Shown here in pieces: positions 18,907-30,461 of a stretch of 64,000 nucleotides of DNA. Below the pieces are notes generated by a model that was given only the letters and a program-made list of their open reading frames with translations, was not told the DNA's origin and ran no database searches. Every line of letters starts with the position of its first letter. Position 1 is the stretch's first letter. A program made the translations under genes and the position numbers. This DNA comes from an uncultured Gemmataceae bacterium (GTDB taxonomy: Bacteria; Planctomycetota; Planctomycetia; Gemmatales; Gemmataceae): contig CAVVPN010000011.1 of NCBI GenBank assembly GCA_963750165.1, positions 32,001 through 96,000 of the forward strand, given 5' to 3'.

Positions 18907-20094
18907 CTAAATCACCCCCAGCTCCTTGCCGACGCTGCGAAAGGCCTCGACCGCCTGCTGCAACTGCTCCGGCGTGTGCGCCGCCGACAGCTGGATGCGA
19001 ATGCGTGCCTGGCCCTGCGGCACTACCGGGTAGCTGAAGCCGATCACGTAAATGCCGTGGTCGAGCAGTCGATCCGCCATCTTCGCCGCCAGCGCCGCGT
19101 CGCCGAGCATCACCGGCAGAATCGGGTGCTGACCGGGCTTGACCGTGAAGCCCGCCGCCTCCAGGCCCGTCCGCAGTGCCTGCGCGTTGGCGTGCAGCCG
19201 GTCGCGCAGGTCGCTGCTGCTGGCCACGAGGTCCAGCGCCCGGAGCGTCGCGGCGATGATCGGCGGCGGCACCGCGTTCGAGAACAGGTACGGCCGTGAC
19301 CGCTGCCGCAACAGCTCCACCACCTCCTGCCGCGCACAGGTGAAGCCGCCCGCGGCGCCGCCGAGTGTCTTGCCCAGCGTGCTTGTGATGATGTCGATGC
19401 GCTCCAGACAGCCGAGCTGCTCCGCACTGCCGCGGCCGCCCGGCCCCAGGATGCCCGTCGCGTGACTGTCGTCCACCATCACGACGGCGCTGTACTTCTC
19501 CGCCAGGTCGCAGATCGCCGGCAGCGGCGCCAGCGAACCATCCATCGAAAACACGCCATCCGTCGCGATCAGCCGCAGCCGCGCCCCGGCCGCTTCTTTC
19601 AGGCGGCTTTCCAGGTCGTTCACATCGCAATTCTTGTAGCGCAGCCGCTGCGCCTTGCACAGCCGGACGCCGTCGATGATGCTGGCGTGGTTCAGCTCGT
19701 CGCTGATGATCGCGTCGGCGTCGGTCAGGATCGTCTCGAACAGGCCGCCGTTGGCGTCCCAGCACGAGCTGTACAGGATGGCGTCGTCCTTGCCGAGGAA
19801 TTTGGCGACGGCGCCTTCCAGCTGCTTGTGCAGGTCCTGCGTGCCGCAGATGAAGCGCACCGACGCCATGCCGTAGCCGTAGCGCCGCAGCCCCTCATGG
19901 GCGGCCTCGACAATGGCGGGGTGGTTCGCCAACCCCAGGTAATTGTTGGCGCAAAAGTTGATGACCTCGCGGCCGCCGACACGGATCGCGGCGCCCTGCG
20001 GCCCCTGCAACTGCCGCTCGCGCTTGTAGAGGCCCTTCGCCTGCAAGTCCGCCAGCTGCACCCGCAACTGCTCGCGCAACGCCTGATCGCTCAT
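18907..20094 (-). CDS. kbl: Glycine C-acetyltransferase (2-amino-3-ketobutyrate CoA ligase)
   Basis: [48 protein letters not shown] and [11 protein letters not shown]. Confidence 0.97.
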   Translation of the reverse strand: MSDQALREQLRVQLADLQAKGLYKRERQLQGPQGAAIRVGGREVINFCANNYLGLANHPAIVEAAHEGLRRYGYGMASVRFICGTQDLHKQLEGAVAKFLGKDDAILYSSCWDANGGLFETILTDADAIISDELNHASIIDGVRLCKAQRLRYKNCDVNDLESRLKEAAGARLRLIATDGVFSMDGSLAPLPAICDLAEKYSAVVMVDDSHATGILGPGGRGSAEQLGCLERIDIITSTLGKTLGGAAGGFTCARQEVVELLRQRSRPYLFSNAVPPPIIAATLRALDLVASSSDLRDRLHANAQALRTGLEAAGFTVKPGQHPILPVMLGDAALAAKMADRLLDHGIYVIGFSYPVVPQGQARIRIQLSAAHTPEQLQQAVEAFRSVGKELGVI

Positions 20095-20376
20095 GAATCT
20101 CTCCAGTGAAAGGACACCCATCATTATGGCGAGCGGTTTCTGCCCGGCCCTCTTTCCCGGGAAACTACCTGGGAAAGAAGGGGCCGTTTAACAGAGAAGG
20201 CGAAAGTTCGCGATAGCGTTGGTGTTTGCGCACCCCGCTGGCGTCCACCCAGCGCGGCACCACCATCAGGGCAACCAGGGGCACGTCCATCCAGTGGCGT
20301 AACGGCGCGGGGGCCAGCCAGCCAAAGACCAAACAGCCACCAATGAGGGCCGGTACCAGGAGGCGAACGTGCAGCT

Positions 20377-21738
20377 TCAGCCGCGCGCAGGCCGCCCGTC
20401 GGTCCGGTCGCAACGCTCTTGCGCCTCCTCCAGGTAGATGAGCGGTGGCGTGACCCAGAGGTACAGGAGCAAAGCCAGCAGCGCATCAACCCACCAGTAC
20501 GCCTGGGTCCACAACTCCGCGCGCCATCCGTGCGTGAACAGGTTGTAGGCGAGCAGGGTGACCAGCGCCGCCGTGACCGCCAGCTGCTCAAGAAGACGCG
20601 ACCTCCAGTAGCGTGCATAGAGGAGCACCGGGCCGAAAAAAACCATCTGGAGCGCCCACTCCCAACCGCCTGCCCGATTCTCGAACCCCAGGGCAGGAGC
20701 GTTGTGTGCTCCCACGAAAATCGGCTCCCACACGATCAGCAACCCGTACAACAGCCACGCGCAATTGGCCAGATCGACTAGCATGCCCGATAAGGTTGTG
20801 GCCTCGAAGATCTGCCGGACCGCGTCCTTGAAAAGCCAGGGACTGCCGAAGCGCCGATCCGGGTTGGGGTCGGTGGCGCGGCGGACGACGGCATCGAACT
20901 GGGTATAGCCCGTGTGCGGCGGGCCGGCCGGAAGCTTGCCGGTGAGGATCTCGTGCAGGATCAAGCCCAGCGCGTACACGTCGGCCCGGCCGTCCACTTC
21001 CTGTGGGCACTTCCGCTGTTCCGGGGCCATGTACAATGGCGTGCCCATCACCTGATGCGCCTCCGTCAGCCGGGCAGCGTCGCCGGGTGGCAGGCCGTCC
21101 GGGCGGACCTCCTGACGGTCGCGCAGCCGGGCGATGCCAAAGTCGGCCAGCTTCACCTGGCCCCCTGCGGTGACCAGGATGTTCTCCGGCTTGAGGTCGC
21201 GGTGGATGATGCCGGCCGCGTGGGCGGCGGACACCGCGTCGCACAGGTTGAAGAATTGCAGAAAGGGATTGCACCAGGCGTCGCTGGGGCTTTTGCAGAA
21301 GTTTTTTTGCCGCAGGTTGTAAGGCAGGTACTCCATGATGATGAAGAACAGGTCATCGACACACCCGAAGTCGAAAATGCGCACGACATGGGGGTGGTCA
21401 AGCTGCGCCAGGGCCTGGGCCTCGCAGTGGAAGCGCTCGGCGAAGGCGGGGTTGCTGCTCACCTCGGCGGACAGCACCTTGATGGCCACCTGCCGGCCCA
21501 GCGACGGCTGCTCGGCCAGCCACACCTCCCCCATGCCGCCGCGGCCGAGCAGCTGGCGGAGCTTGTAATCGGGCAGCCGGCGGTTGAGGACGGTTTCCAG
21601 GTACTGGACGCGGTCGGGTTCTGCGGGTGTGTGGGGTGCCGTACCGTCGAGGCCCGCCGCCAGCAGACAGGCGGGGCACAGGCCCTCGGGCGCGTCGGGG
21701 GGCAGGGGGGTACCACAGTGGGGACAGGATGCGGCCAT
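20377..21738 (-). CDS. Hanks-type Ser/Thr kinase with N-terminal Zn-ribbon and C-terminal membrane region (may extend to 20165 across a frameshift near 20419)
   Basis: [32 protein letters not shown] and [10 protein letters not shown]; hydrophobic tail. ORF 20165..20413 reads like further TM helices. Confidence 0.93.
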   Translation of the reverse strand: MAASCPHCGTPLPPDAPEGLCPACLLAAGLDGTAPHTPAEPDRVQYLETVLNRRLPDYKLRQLLGRGGMGEVWLAEQPSLGRQVAIKVLSAEVSSNPAFAERFHCEAQALAQLDHPHVVRIFDFGCVDDLFFIIMEYLPYNLRQKNFCKSPSDAWCNPFLQFFNLCDAVSAAHAAGIIHRDLKPENILVTAGGQVKLADFGIARLRDRQEVRPDGLPPGDAARLTEAHQVMGTPLYMAPEQRKCPQEVDGRADVYALGLILHEILTGKLPAGPPHTGYTQFDAVVRRATDPNPDRRFGSPWLFKDAVRQIFEATTLSGMLVDLANCAWLLYGLLIVWEPIFVGAHNAPALGFENRAGGWEWALQMVFFGPVLLYARYWRSRLLEQLAVTAALVTLLAYNLFTHGWRAELWTQAYWWVDALLALLLYLWVTPPLIYLEEAQERCDRTDGRPARG

Positions 21739-21818
21739 GACAGACTCCTGGGGGACGTTGCAGTCTACCCAGAGAAGAAGCATCGGTGGCGAAAGGTTAC
21801 AGCCGCGGCAAAAAATCT

Positions 21819-22568
21819 TCAAGGAGCCAGCGCGCTGAACAGGGCCCGAATCTCGTCGTCCACCGCCGCGGGATCCTCGACCGTCTGGGCGATCTCGTCG
21901 CGGAGCAGGTCGCGGTAGCGCTGCCGCAGCCGGTGGGCCGCCACCTTGACTGCTCCCGGGGTCATGCCCAGCGCGGCCGCCGCCTCGGCGTGGGAGTCGC
22001 CCGCCGCGCCTGTCAGAGAACCCTTGAGCGCCTCGAACAAGGGGAGTTGGCCGGCCGTCTCGTAATGCTCGCGCAGGCGCTGCACGACGCGGTCCAGCAG
22101 CGTCAGTGCCCAGCGGCGCTCGAAGAGCCGTTCGGGCGTCTGCTCATGGCCGGGTTCGGCGGCGTAGCGCCGGTCGGCGTCGCCGAAGTCGAGGGACAGG
22201 AGCTGGCGACCGCCGCCGCGTTTCAGGGCCGTCGCGCGGTCGTGCTCGTTGCTGAGGAAGTGACGGCAGGCGGCCAGCAGGAAGGCGCGGAAGCGGCCGC
22301 GGGCCGGATCGACCGCGGCCAGGTCGTCGCGCTCCAGCAGGCGCGTGAAGAACTCCTGGGTCAGATCCTGCGCCTCGTCGTGGGCGTGGCCGCGGCGGCG
22401 GACGAACGCATAGAGCGGATACCAGTACAGGCGGCACAGCTCGGCCAGGGCTGCGCGGGCGGCCGACGAATCGCCCCGGGCCGCGACGACCAGACTCCAA
22501 CGAGTGGTGGCGAACACGCGCGTCTCCTCCGCTGCCTTCTTATCCACGGTCCGGATGCTGCCGTGCAT
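21819..22568 (-). CDS. ECF-type RNA polymerase sigma factor (kinase-associated planctomycete type)
   Basis: FATTRWSLV, LCRLYWYPLYAFVRR, AQDLTQEFF, GRFRAFL, KRGGG and AAALGMTPGAVKVAAHRLR. Start is 22568 or 22547. Confidence 0.92.
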   Translation of the reverse strand: MHGSIRTVDKKAAEETRVFATTRWSLVVAARGDSSAARAALAELCRLYWYPLYAFVRRRGHAHDEAQDLTQEFFTRLLERDDLAAVDPARGRFRAFLLAACRHFLSNEHDRATALKRGGGRQLLSLDFGDADRRYAAEPGHEQTPERLFERRWALTLLDRVVQRLREHYETAGQLPLFEALKGSLTGAAGDSHAEAAAALGMTPGAVKVAAHRLRQRYRDLLRDEIAQTVEDPAAVDDEIRALFSALAP

Positions 22569-22655
22569 TGTACCGAACGCCCGCCGCCCCGCCGTCTTGC
22601 GCGGCGCCGCAAAACCGTAACATGCCCTGCGAGCCCGGCCCCTTCGTGAGATCCC

Positions 22656-23339
22656 ATGCGGCAGATCGCCACGGACGTCTGGCAACTGCACGGCTTCCCC
22701 GCCGACGCCATCAACGTCTACCTGGTCGGGGATGTGCTCATCGACGCCGGCACGCGCTGGGCACGGTCGCGCATCCTGCGGCAGCTGACCGGTCGCAAAC
22801 TCGCGCTTATGGCGCTGACGCACGTCCACCCCGATCACCAGGGTTCGGCCGCCGTGGTCTGCGACCGCTTCCGTGTGCCGCTGGCCTGTCACGAAAGCGA
22901 CGCGGCCGTCATGGAGGGCCGGGCACCGTTCGTGCCGAGCAACCGCATCCTCCGCCTGGGCGAACGGGTCTGGGCCGGGCCGCCGGTGCGCGTTCGCCGC
23001 GTCCTGCGCGACGGCGACACCGTGGCCGGCTTCCGCGTCGTCCACACGCCCGGCCACACCCCCGGCCATGTCGTCTACTTCCGCGAGTCCGACCGCGTTG
23101 CCATCGCCGGTGATCTGCTGGTGAACATCAATTTTCTCTCCTTCCGGGAAGGGCTGCGACTGACGCCGTGGTTCTTCTCCGCCAACCCGCAACAGAACGC
23201 GCAGAGCGTCCTCGTGCTGCACCGGTTGCGGCCGTCCGTGGTCTGCTTCGGGCATGGTCCGCCGCTGTTTAAGCCGCGCTTGCTGGATGACTTTGTCGCC
23301 CGCCTGGAACGGAAGTTGGCTGACAGCCCGGCGGCGTAG
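22656..23339 (+). CDS. MBL-fold metallo-hydrolase
   Basis: THVHPDHQG, HTPGHTPGH, GD and FGHG. Confidence 0.92.
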   Translation: MRQIATDVWQLHGFPADAINVYLVGDVLIDAGTRWARSRILRQLTGRKLALMALTHVHPDHQGSAAVVCDRFRVPLACHESDAAVMEGRAPFVPSNRILRLGERVWAGPPVRVRRVLRDGDTVAGFRVVHTPGHTPGHVVYFRESDRVAIAGDLLVNINFLSFREGLRLTPWFFSANPQQNAQSVLVLHRLRPSVVCFGHGPPLFKPRLLDDFVARLERKLADSPAA

Positions 23340-23411
23340 CGGCAAGACACGGATTGTCACCGCCGCTATCATGAACGGTGGGATGAGGAAGGACGGAGAG
23401 GAAATCCTGTC

Positions 23412-24212
23412 ATGCTGACGCGCAAGTATCTGTTTCCGAACGTCATCGAGATGAATTACCAGGCGGGCCGCCGTCTGGGCGTCAACGTTTATCTGATCGA
23501 TGGCGGCTCGGAATTTCTGCTCATCGACATCGGCTACCTCGACACGGTGGCCGAGATCATCGAACTGATTCGCAAGATGGATTTCAACCTTTCGACGTGC
23601 AAGATGATTATCGCCACGCACGCCGACGCCGACCACATCCAGGGTATCGCCCGCGCGCGGGAGCTGCTCAGGACCAGGGTTGCCGCCCACCCCAAGACGG
23701 TCGAGCCACTGAAAACCGGCGATGAGATCATGACCTTCGCCACCATCAAGGCGCAGAACATTTTTCTGGAGATGCCACCCTGCGAGGTCGATCAGCAGCT
23801 CAACGAGGGCGACAGCATCACCGTCGGCAAGCAAAAACTGACCGTCTGGCATACGCCGGGCCACACGGAAGGCCAGCTCAGCTTCAAGATGGGCAACCTG
23901 CTGTTCTGCGGCGACAACATTTACAAGGACAGCTGCGTGGGCGTCATTGACGCGCACCACGGCTCGGACATCCCGGCATTTCTGAAGTCGCTGAAGCGCA
24001 TCCAGCAGGACGACGCGGAGTTTTTGCTGCCGAGCCACGGACCCGTCTTTCGTCGCGACAAGCGCATCTTGCAGAAGGCCATCGACCGGCTGACGCAGTA
24101 TCAGTACATGGCGGACTTCGGCACCTGTGCCACGGCCTGGCCGCTGCTGGACGAGTGGGAGGCCGACATCACCGCCGGCCGCATGCCCGACTTTAACAAG
24201 AAAGAAAAATAG
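23412..24212 (+). CDS. MBL-fold metallo-hydrolase
   Basis: THADADHIQG (second His replaced by Asp), HTPGHT and LPSHG. Confidence 0.9.
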   Translation: MLTRKYLFPNVIEMNYQAGRRLGVNVYLIDGGSEFLLIDIGYLDTVAEIIELIRKMDFNLSTCKMIIATHADADHIQGIARARELLRTRVAAHPKTVEPLKTGDEIMTFATIKAQNIFLEMPPCEVDQQLNEGDSITVGKQKLTVWHTPGHTEGQLSFKMGNLLFCGDNIYKDSCVGVIDAHHGSDIPAFLKSLKRIQQDDAEFLLPSHGPVFRRDKRILQKAIDRLTQYQYMADFGTCATAWPLLDEWEADITAGRMPDFNKKEK

Positions 24213-24296
24213 CCACAGAGGACACAGAGAGGAAAAGAGGCGGATAAAATAACTCCTCCTTTTTTCTCTCTGTGTCCTCTGTGTCCTCTGTGGCTA
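24210..24296. repeat. 9-mer tandem-inverted element (GACACAGAG/CTCTGTGTC)
   Basis: TAGCCACAGAG-GACACAGAG ... CTCTGTGTC-CTCTGTGTC-CTCTGTGGCTA between convergent genes; the left arm starts with the upstream gene's TAG. Confidence 0.85.
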
Positions 24297-24302
24297 AATT
24301 GT

Positions 24303-25265
<963 letters not shown>

Positions 25266-25377
25266 GCTGAACTCCTTTTGACACAAACTACCGGTTGTCA
25301 ACCTGTTAAATGACGCACACAATTGGGTAACGCAGTGAATTCGACACAGAATTCCCAGGAATCTGCCTTGCGCGGGC

Positions 25378-25560
25378 GACGGGCAAAGGTCACCCACTGG
25401 AAAACTGGATGACTACCCCGACGGGCCGACCTACAGGGCCGCCACGAGGAAGTTTACGGAACTCCCTCAATTGGTGAAGCCGACGCCAAAAAGGACGCGA
25501 ACACCTGCCAGGTCATCTACGAAAAGTACCTGCTCTGGATTCGCTCCGGGGCCGCGCTGA
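25378..25560 (+). pseudogene. Possible N-terminal fragment of a tyrosine recombinase
   Basis: [19 protein letters not shown] / IGEADAKKDANTCQVIYEKYLLWI over two frames. From memory this resembles N-terminal regions of Gemmataceae integrases; not verified. Confidence 0.3.
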
Positions 25561-25631
25561 GTCCACATAGACACACTCCGGTCGAGTGGTCCGCACGTGA
25601 GCTGTGTTGGTACGGCGGCGCGGAGGGTGGC

Positions 25632-25755
25632 GTGTTTGAAGAGAAATGGAGCGTGCGGAACATCACCGACTCCGCTCAGCGCATCCTGAAGCAGATCCCT
25701 TCCCGAGCAAGCGACCGCGGTCTGGATGTGGTCGATGGCTCGTCCATCGTTATGA
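25632..25755 (+). pseudogene. Truncated gene start (possibly Clp N-terminal-like)
   Basis: GGAGG plus GTG, then FEEKWSVRNITDSAQRILKQIPSRASDRGL; coding signal switches frame at ~25755. Confidence 0.3.
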
Positions 25756-25756
25756 C

Positions 25757-26474
25757 AGCAACACCGTGCAGGCTTTCAATGGCTTCCTGCAGGTGGCCGG
25801 CGCTGACAGGGATATGAATCCAAAGATCGTCCTCGTCAACGGCGCCATGGGTGGCATGTCGGCCAACATGGTTCAGAACCCCGACGATAACAGCCGCGGC
25901 ACGAAGTACTGGGCGGCGCTCGATCAGAAGCTCAAGGCGGCGGGCGTGACGCGGGCACAGGCGCAGATTATCTGGCTCAAGGAGACCAACCCCGGCCCAC
26001 ATGCCGGCGGCTTCCCGAAATACATTCGCGATTTGCAGTCCGAGCTAACACGGATCGTCCAGGTGCTGCCCAAACGTTTTCCGAACGTGAAACTGGTCTA
26101 CCTGTCGAGCCGCACCTATGGCGGTTGGGCCAAGGCGCCCCCAGACCGGGCCGGCGGTCCCGGCAACTCCGAACCGTATTCCTACGAGACCGGTTTTGCC
26201 GTGAAATGGCTCATCGAACATCAACTCAAGGGGGGACGCCGCGTTGAATTACGACCCGAAGCGCGGCGCCGTCAAGGCGCCGTGGCTGAGCTGGGGGCCG
26301 TACCTGTGGGCCAACGGCGAGGTCCAGCGCAAGGATGGCTTTCACTTCCAGCTGAGCGACTTCCGCGAGAACGACCGCATGCACCATTCCGTGCAAGGGC
26401 AAACGAAGATCGGCCGGCAGTTATTGCATTTTTTCAAGACCGATTCGACGAACAGGGGATGGTTCGTCAAGTAA
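25757..26474 (+). pseudogene. 5'-truncated conserved hypothetical (SGNH-like) protein with a frameshift near 26230
   Basis: SNTVQAF...VNGAMGG...YLSSRTYGG...EPYSYETGFAVKWLI, then KAPWLSWGPYLWANG...DRMH...FFKTD in the next frame; no start or signal peptide. Confidence 0.6.
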
Positions 26475-26492
26475 TGGATCGGAAATGGATTG

Positions 26493-26555
26493 GGTCGGAG
26501 CCCGAGCGCCAGCGCGGGGCAGAGTCTGCCCCGCGCTGGCACTCGGGCTCCGACC
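26493..26555. repeat. REP-like palindromic element family B
   Basis: GGTCGGAGCCCGAGCGCCAGCGCGGGGCAG/CTGCCCCGCGCTGGCACTCGGGCTCCGACC; second copy 36179-36240, half copy 28089-28106. Confidence 0.85.
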
Positions 26556-26567
26556 AGAAATAAGCGC

Positions 26568-27887
26568 TCACGTCAAGTTCGCCAGCACACCGTCGCCGCA
26601 GAAGTTCGGGTTGCCGAAGCGCGGGATGCGGTGCCCCATACCGTGCGCCAGCGCCAGCAGCAGACGGTTGTGCGGCACACGGTTGTAGCGCAACGACCGG
26701 CTCATGCGGAAGTCGAGGCCGTTACCGACCAGTACCCACGGGATATTGTCGAGCGTGTGCGAATTGCCCTTGCCCAGCTCGTTGGTCCAGACGATCAAGG
26801 TGTTGTCGAGCAGCGTGCCGGTGCCGCCCGGCTCGGGCGTCTCCGCCAGCCGCCGCGCCAGGTAGGCCAGCTGCTCGCAATACCAGCGGTTGATCCGCGT
26901 CAGCTGGTCCTGGGCCGTGCGGTCGCTGTCGGGCCGGTGCGACAGCTCGTGATGGCCTTCCGAGACCTGAATCCAGTTCATCCGCGCCATGCCGACCGAG
27001 TTCGTGAATTGCAGCGTTGCCACGCGCGTGAAGTCGGCGGCGAAGCTGTTGACCATCAGCTCGATCTGCATCCGCGAAATCTGCGGGATGTGGTTGTTTT
27101 CCAGGCGGACGTTGGCCTCCAGCTGCGGCACGGCGTGCTGGGCGGCCCGGTTCGCACGCAGATCCTGCTCCATCTCGCGCACGAACGTCGTGTGCTGGTC
27201 GAGCAGGCGGCGATCCTCGGCGCTGATGGCCGCCGACAGCCGTTGCAGGTCGCCGCGGAGGTCGTCAAGGACGCTGCCGACGGTCTCCTGATCGCGCACC
27301 CGACCGTAGAGGCGCTGGAACATCTGATAGGGGTCATCGACCGGCGCGATCGGCCGGTTGGCGCCGGCGTAGACCATGCGCGTCCAGGTGTCGGCGCGGT
27401 TGGGGACCATGACGCCGAACTCCAGCGAACCAAACCGCGTCCGGGTGGCGGCGTCGCGCTGCAGAAAGTTCTTGATCTCCTGATCGATCGAGATGCCACG
27501 GGCCCAGCCGGCCGGGGTGTCGCTGCCGCCCTGGACGTTGCCGGGGAACAACTCGACCCCGGTCAGCAGACAGCCCATGCCGCGCATGTGCGCGTCGCCG
27601 TCGCCGCGGATGCGGTCGCAGACGCCGTGCAGCGTCAACAGACGGTTCTTGAACGGCTCCAGCGGGCTCAAACTGGCCTTGAGCGCCACGTTCGCCAGGT
27701 TCCCCGCGGCGTCCGGCCAGAAGGTATTCGGCACCACGCCGTTGGGGCTGAACATGATGACGAGCCGCTGCTTGCGCCGCTGCTGGTTGGCGAAGGCGAG
27801 GCCCGGCAGGTTGCCGACGAACGGCAGGGCCGCCGCCGTGACGCCGAGACTGTGCAGGAATTCACGACGCGTGCGCTGGGCTGCCAT
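26568..27887 (-). CDS. DUF1552 domain protein (Tat-like RREFL leader)
   Basis: [36 protein letters not shown] and [23 protein letters not shown]. Confidence 0.9.
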   Translation of the reverse strand: MAAQRTRREFLHSLGVTAAALPFVGNLPGLAFANQQRRKQRLVIMFSPNGVVPNTFWPDAAGNLANVALKASLSPLEPFKNRLLTLHGVCDRIRGDGDAHMRGMGCLLTGVELFPGNVQGGSDTPAGWARGISIDQEIKNFLQRDAATRTRFGSLEFGVMVPNRADTWTRMVYAGANRPIAPVDDPYQMFQRLYGRVRDQETVGSVLDDLRGDLQRLSAAISAEDRRLLDQHTTFVREMEQDLRANRAAQHAVPQLEANVRLENNHIPQISRMQIELMVNSFAADFTRVATLQFTNSVGMARMNWIQVSEGHHELSHRPDSDRTAQDQLTRINRWYCEQLAYLARRLAETPEPGGTGTLLDNTLIVWTNELGKGNSHTLDNIPWVLVGNGLDFRMSRSLRYNRVPHNRLLLALAHGMGHRIPRFGNPNFCGDGVLANLT

Positions 27888-28037
27888 GTGGCTCACTCCA
27901 GATGGTTGATGGACGGTGCCGCGGCTGCCCCCAGCCGACGGGTAGGTTGAACCGGCGGAATCTGCGGGTTTCGTGCGGTTTTGCCCGGCAGGAGAGTAGT
28001 GCGGCGGGCAGACTTCCGAAACTCGGTTGGTAGGGTG

Positions 28038-28066
28038 AGCGTATCATTGGCCATCGGGTATGTCAA
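28038..28066 (-). promoter_or_regulatory. Sigma70 promoter of the DUF1552 gene
   Basis: TTGACA-17 nt-TACGCT with TGn extended -10. Confidence 0.6.
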
Positions 28067-28160
28067 GCATCTGCTTCCGACAGCGTTTGCTGGCGCTCGG
28101 GCTCGGACGAACGCCGGGATCGAGCTATAATTGCCACGGCCATTCGCAGGAGACGGTTTC

Positions 28161-30409
28161 ATGCAAGAAGCTTCCGCAATCGAACCGAACCACAAGGCCG
28201 CCAACGGAGCCCCGTCCGCGACCCCGCCGGCCCCGTCCGCGCTGCCGGCCCCGTCCCTCGACGACCCAGCGCTGTACCTCAACCGCGAGTTGAGCTGGCT
28301 GGAGTTCAACCGCCGCGTCCTGGAGGAAGCGCTCGACCCGAAGGTGCCGCTGCTGGAGCGCCTGAAGTTCCTGGCCATCTTCGGCTCCAACCTCGACGAG
28401 TTCTTCATGGTCCGCGTCGGCGGTCTGCAACAAAAAATCCACGGCGGCATCGCCGTCGGCTCCGGCGCCGACCGCATGCCGCCCCGCGAGCAGAACGAGC
28501 GCATTCACGCCACCGTCCTGCAGATGCTCGCCCAGGCCGATCTGTGTTTGACCCAGGAACTGCTGCCGGCCCTGGAGCGCGAGGGCATCGTCATCCGCAG
28601 CATGCAGCAACTGACCGAGGGCGACCGTCGCCACGTCGGCGAGGTGTTCCGGCGCGAGGTCTTCCCGGTGCTGACGCCGCTGGCCATCGACCCCGGCCAT
28701 CCGTTTCCACACCTGCTCAACAAATCGCTGAACCTGGCCGTGCTGCTGCTGCGCCCGGCGCCAGCGAACCGTCGTTCGCCGTCGTGCAGGTGCCCAGCGT
28801 GCTGCCGCGCTTCGTGCAGTTGCCGTCCCCTGGGCCTGGCCCCGGCGCGGAGAAAGGTGGGGGCTATGCGTTCACGTCCCTGGAAACCGTCATCCGCAGC
28901 CACCTGCCCGAACTCTTCCCCGGCATGGTGCTGGTTTCCGCCTCCGTCTTCCGCGTGACGCGCAACAGCGAGTACGAAATCGACGACGAAGAGGTTGAAG
29001 ACCTGCTCAAAGCCATCGAGGAGGAAATCCGCAAGCGCCGCCGCGGCGACGCGGTGCGGCTGGAGCTGGAAGCGGGCTGCCCGCCGGAGGTGGAGCAGTT
29101 CCTGATGGAGGCGCTGGAGCTGGTGCCGCTCGACCTGTTTCGCGTCCCTGGCCTGCTCGATCTGACCGGGCTGTTCCAGATTCACGGCCTGCCCGGCTTC
29201 GCCGCGCTGCGCGACCCGGGGTTCGCGCCGCAGCCGGTGGCGGAGTTCCAGAAGGCGACCACGCTCTGGTCGGCGATCCGCAGCCGCGACATCCTGGTGC
29301 ATCACCCATACGAATCGTTCAACCCCGTCATCGACTTCATCGAGGCGGCGGCGGTCGATGACCGGGTGCTGGCCATCAAGCAGACGCTGTACCGCACCAG
29401 TAGCGACTCGCCGGTGGTGCGGGCGCTGCAGCGCGCCGCCGACAACGGCAAGCAGGTGACCGCGGTCATCGAACTGAAGGCCCGGCTCGACGAGGAACGC
29501 AACATCCTGTGGGCGCGCGAGCTGGAGAAGGCGGGCGTGCATGTGGTGTTCGGCTTCGTCGGCCTGAAGACGCACTGCAAGGTGGCGCTGGTGGTGCGCC
29601 GCGAAGACGATGGCATTCGCCGCTACGTCCACCTGGCGACCGGCAATTACAACCCGCAGACGGCGCGCATCTACTCCGACCTGGGTTACTTCACCTGCAA
29701 CCCTGACTTCTGCGAGGACGTGTCGGCGCTGTTCAACTACCTGACGGGCTACTGCGAACTGCCGCAATGGCGCAAGCTGATCGTGGCGCCGAGCCGGATG
29801 CAGGGCTTCTTCATCGAGAAGATCGAGCAGGAAGCGCGCAACCAGCAGGAGGGTAAACCGGCACGGGTGATCGCCAAGATCAACGGCCTTTTGGAGCCGG
29901 CGGTGGTGCGGGCGCTGTACCGCGCCAGCCAGGCGGGCGTGCGTATTGACCTGATCTGTCGCGGGATCTGCGCACTGCGGCCGCAGCTGCCGGGCGTCAG
30001 CGACAACATCCGCGTGATCTCCATCGTGGATCGCTTCCTGGAGCACAGCCGGATTTTCTACTTCGACAACGGTGGCGACCCGCAGCTGTACCTCGGCTCG
30101 GCGGACTGGATGGACCGCAACCTGAGCCGGCGCGTCGAGGTGGTGATCCCGGTGGAGCCGCCGGAACTGAAGCAGCGCCTGCGTGAAATCCTTGCCATCT
30201 CACTGGCGGACAACGTCAAGGCGCGGGAGTTGTTGCCGGACGGCAGTTACCGACGGGTGCAGCCAGAGCCGGGTCAGCCGCTGGTGCGCAGTCAGGAGCG
30301 TTTCCTGGAGCTGGCGGCGCAGAACGCCCTCCGCCGCGCCCCGGACGTGCCGCCGACGCCGGAGCGCCTGGTGCGGCCGCGGCCGGGACGCAAGCGCCGC
30401 GCCAAGTGA
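28161..30409 (+). CDS. ppk1: Polyphosphate kinase 1 (1-nt frameshift near 28755, probably a sequencing error)
   Basis: YLNRELSWLEFNRRVL, SNLDEFFMVRV, HPFP; after the shift HHPYESF, IKQTLYR, LKTHCK, TGNYN, RFLEHSR and SADWMDRN. Confidence 0.95.
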
Positions 30410-30412
30410 GGG

Positions 30413-30458
30413 GTCCGAGCCGCGCACGGAGCGTACTCGCGGAGTAAGCGGCTCGGAC
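30413..30458. repeat. Inverted repeat between convergent genes
   Basis: GTCCGAGCCGC ... GCGGCTCGGAC. Confidence 0.55.
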
Positions 30459-30461
30459 GAG

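Noticed and set aside
22569..24038. 739-aa extended ECF sigma factor
   Set aside because: The extension is antisense to two clear MBL hydrolase genes; sigma similarity starts only near 22568.
28161..30409. ppk1 (and folP, DUF1549 gene) as true pseudogenes or programmed frameshifts
   Set aside because: Each has a single indel in a short G/C run, otherwise intact motifs and no slippery heptamer; sequencing error is more parsimonious.
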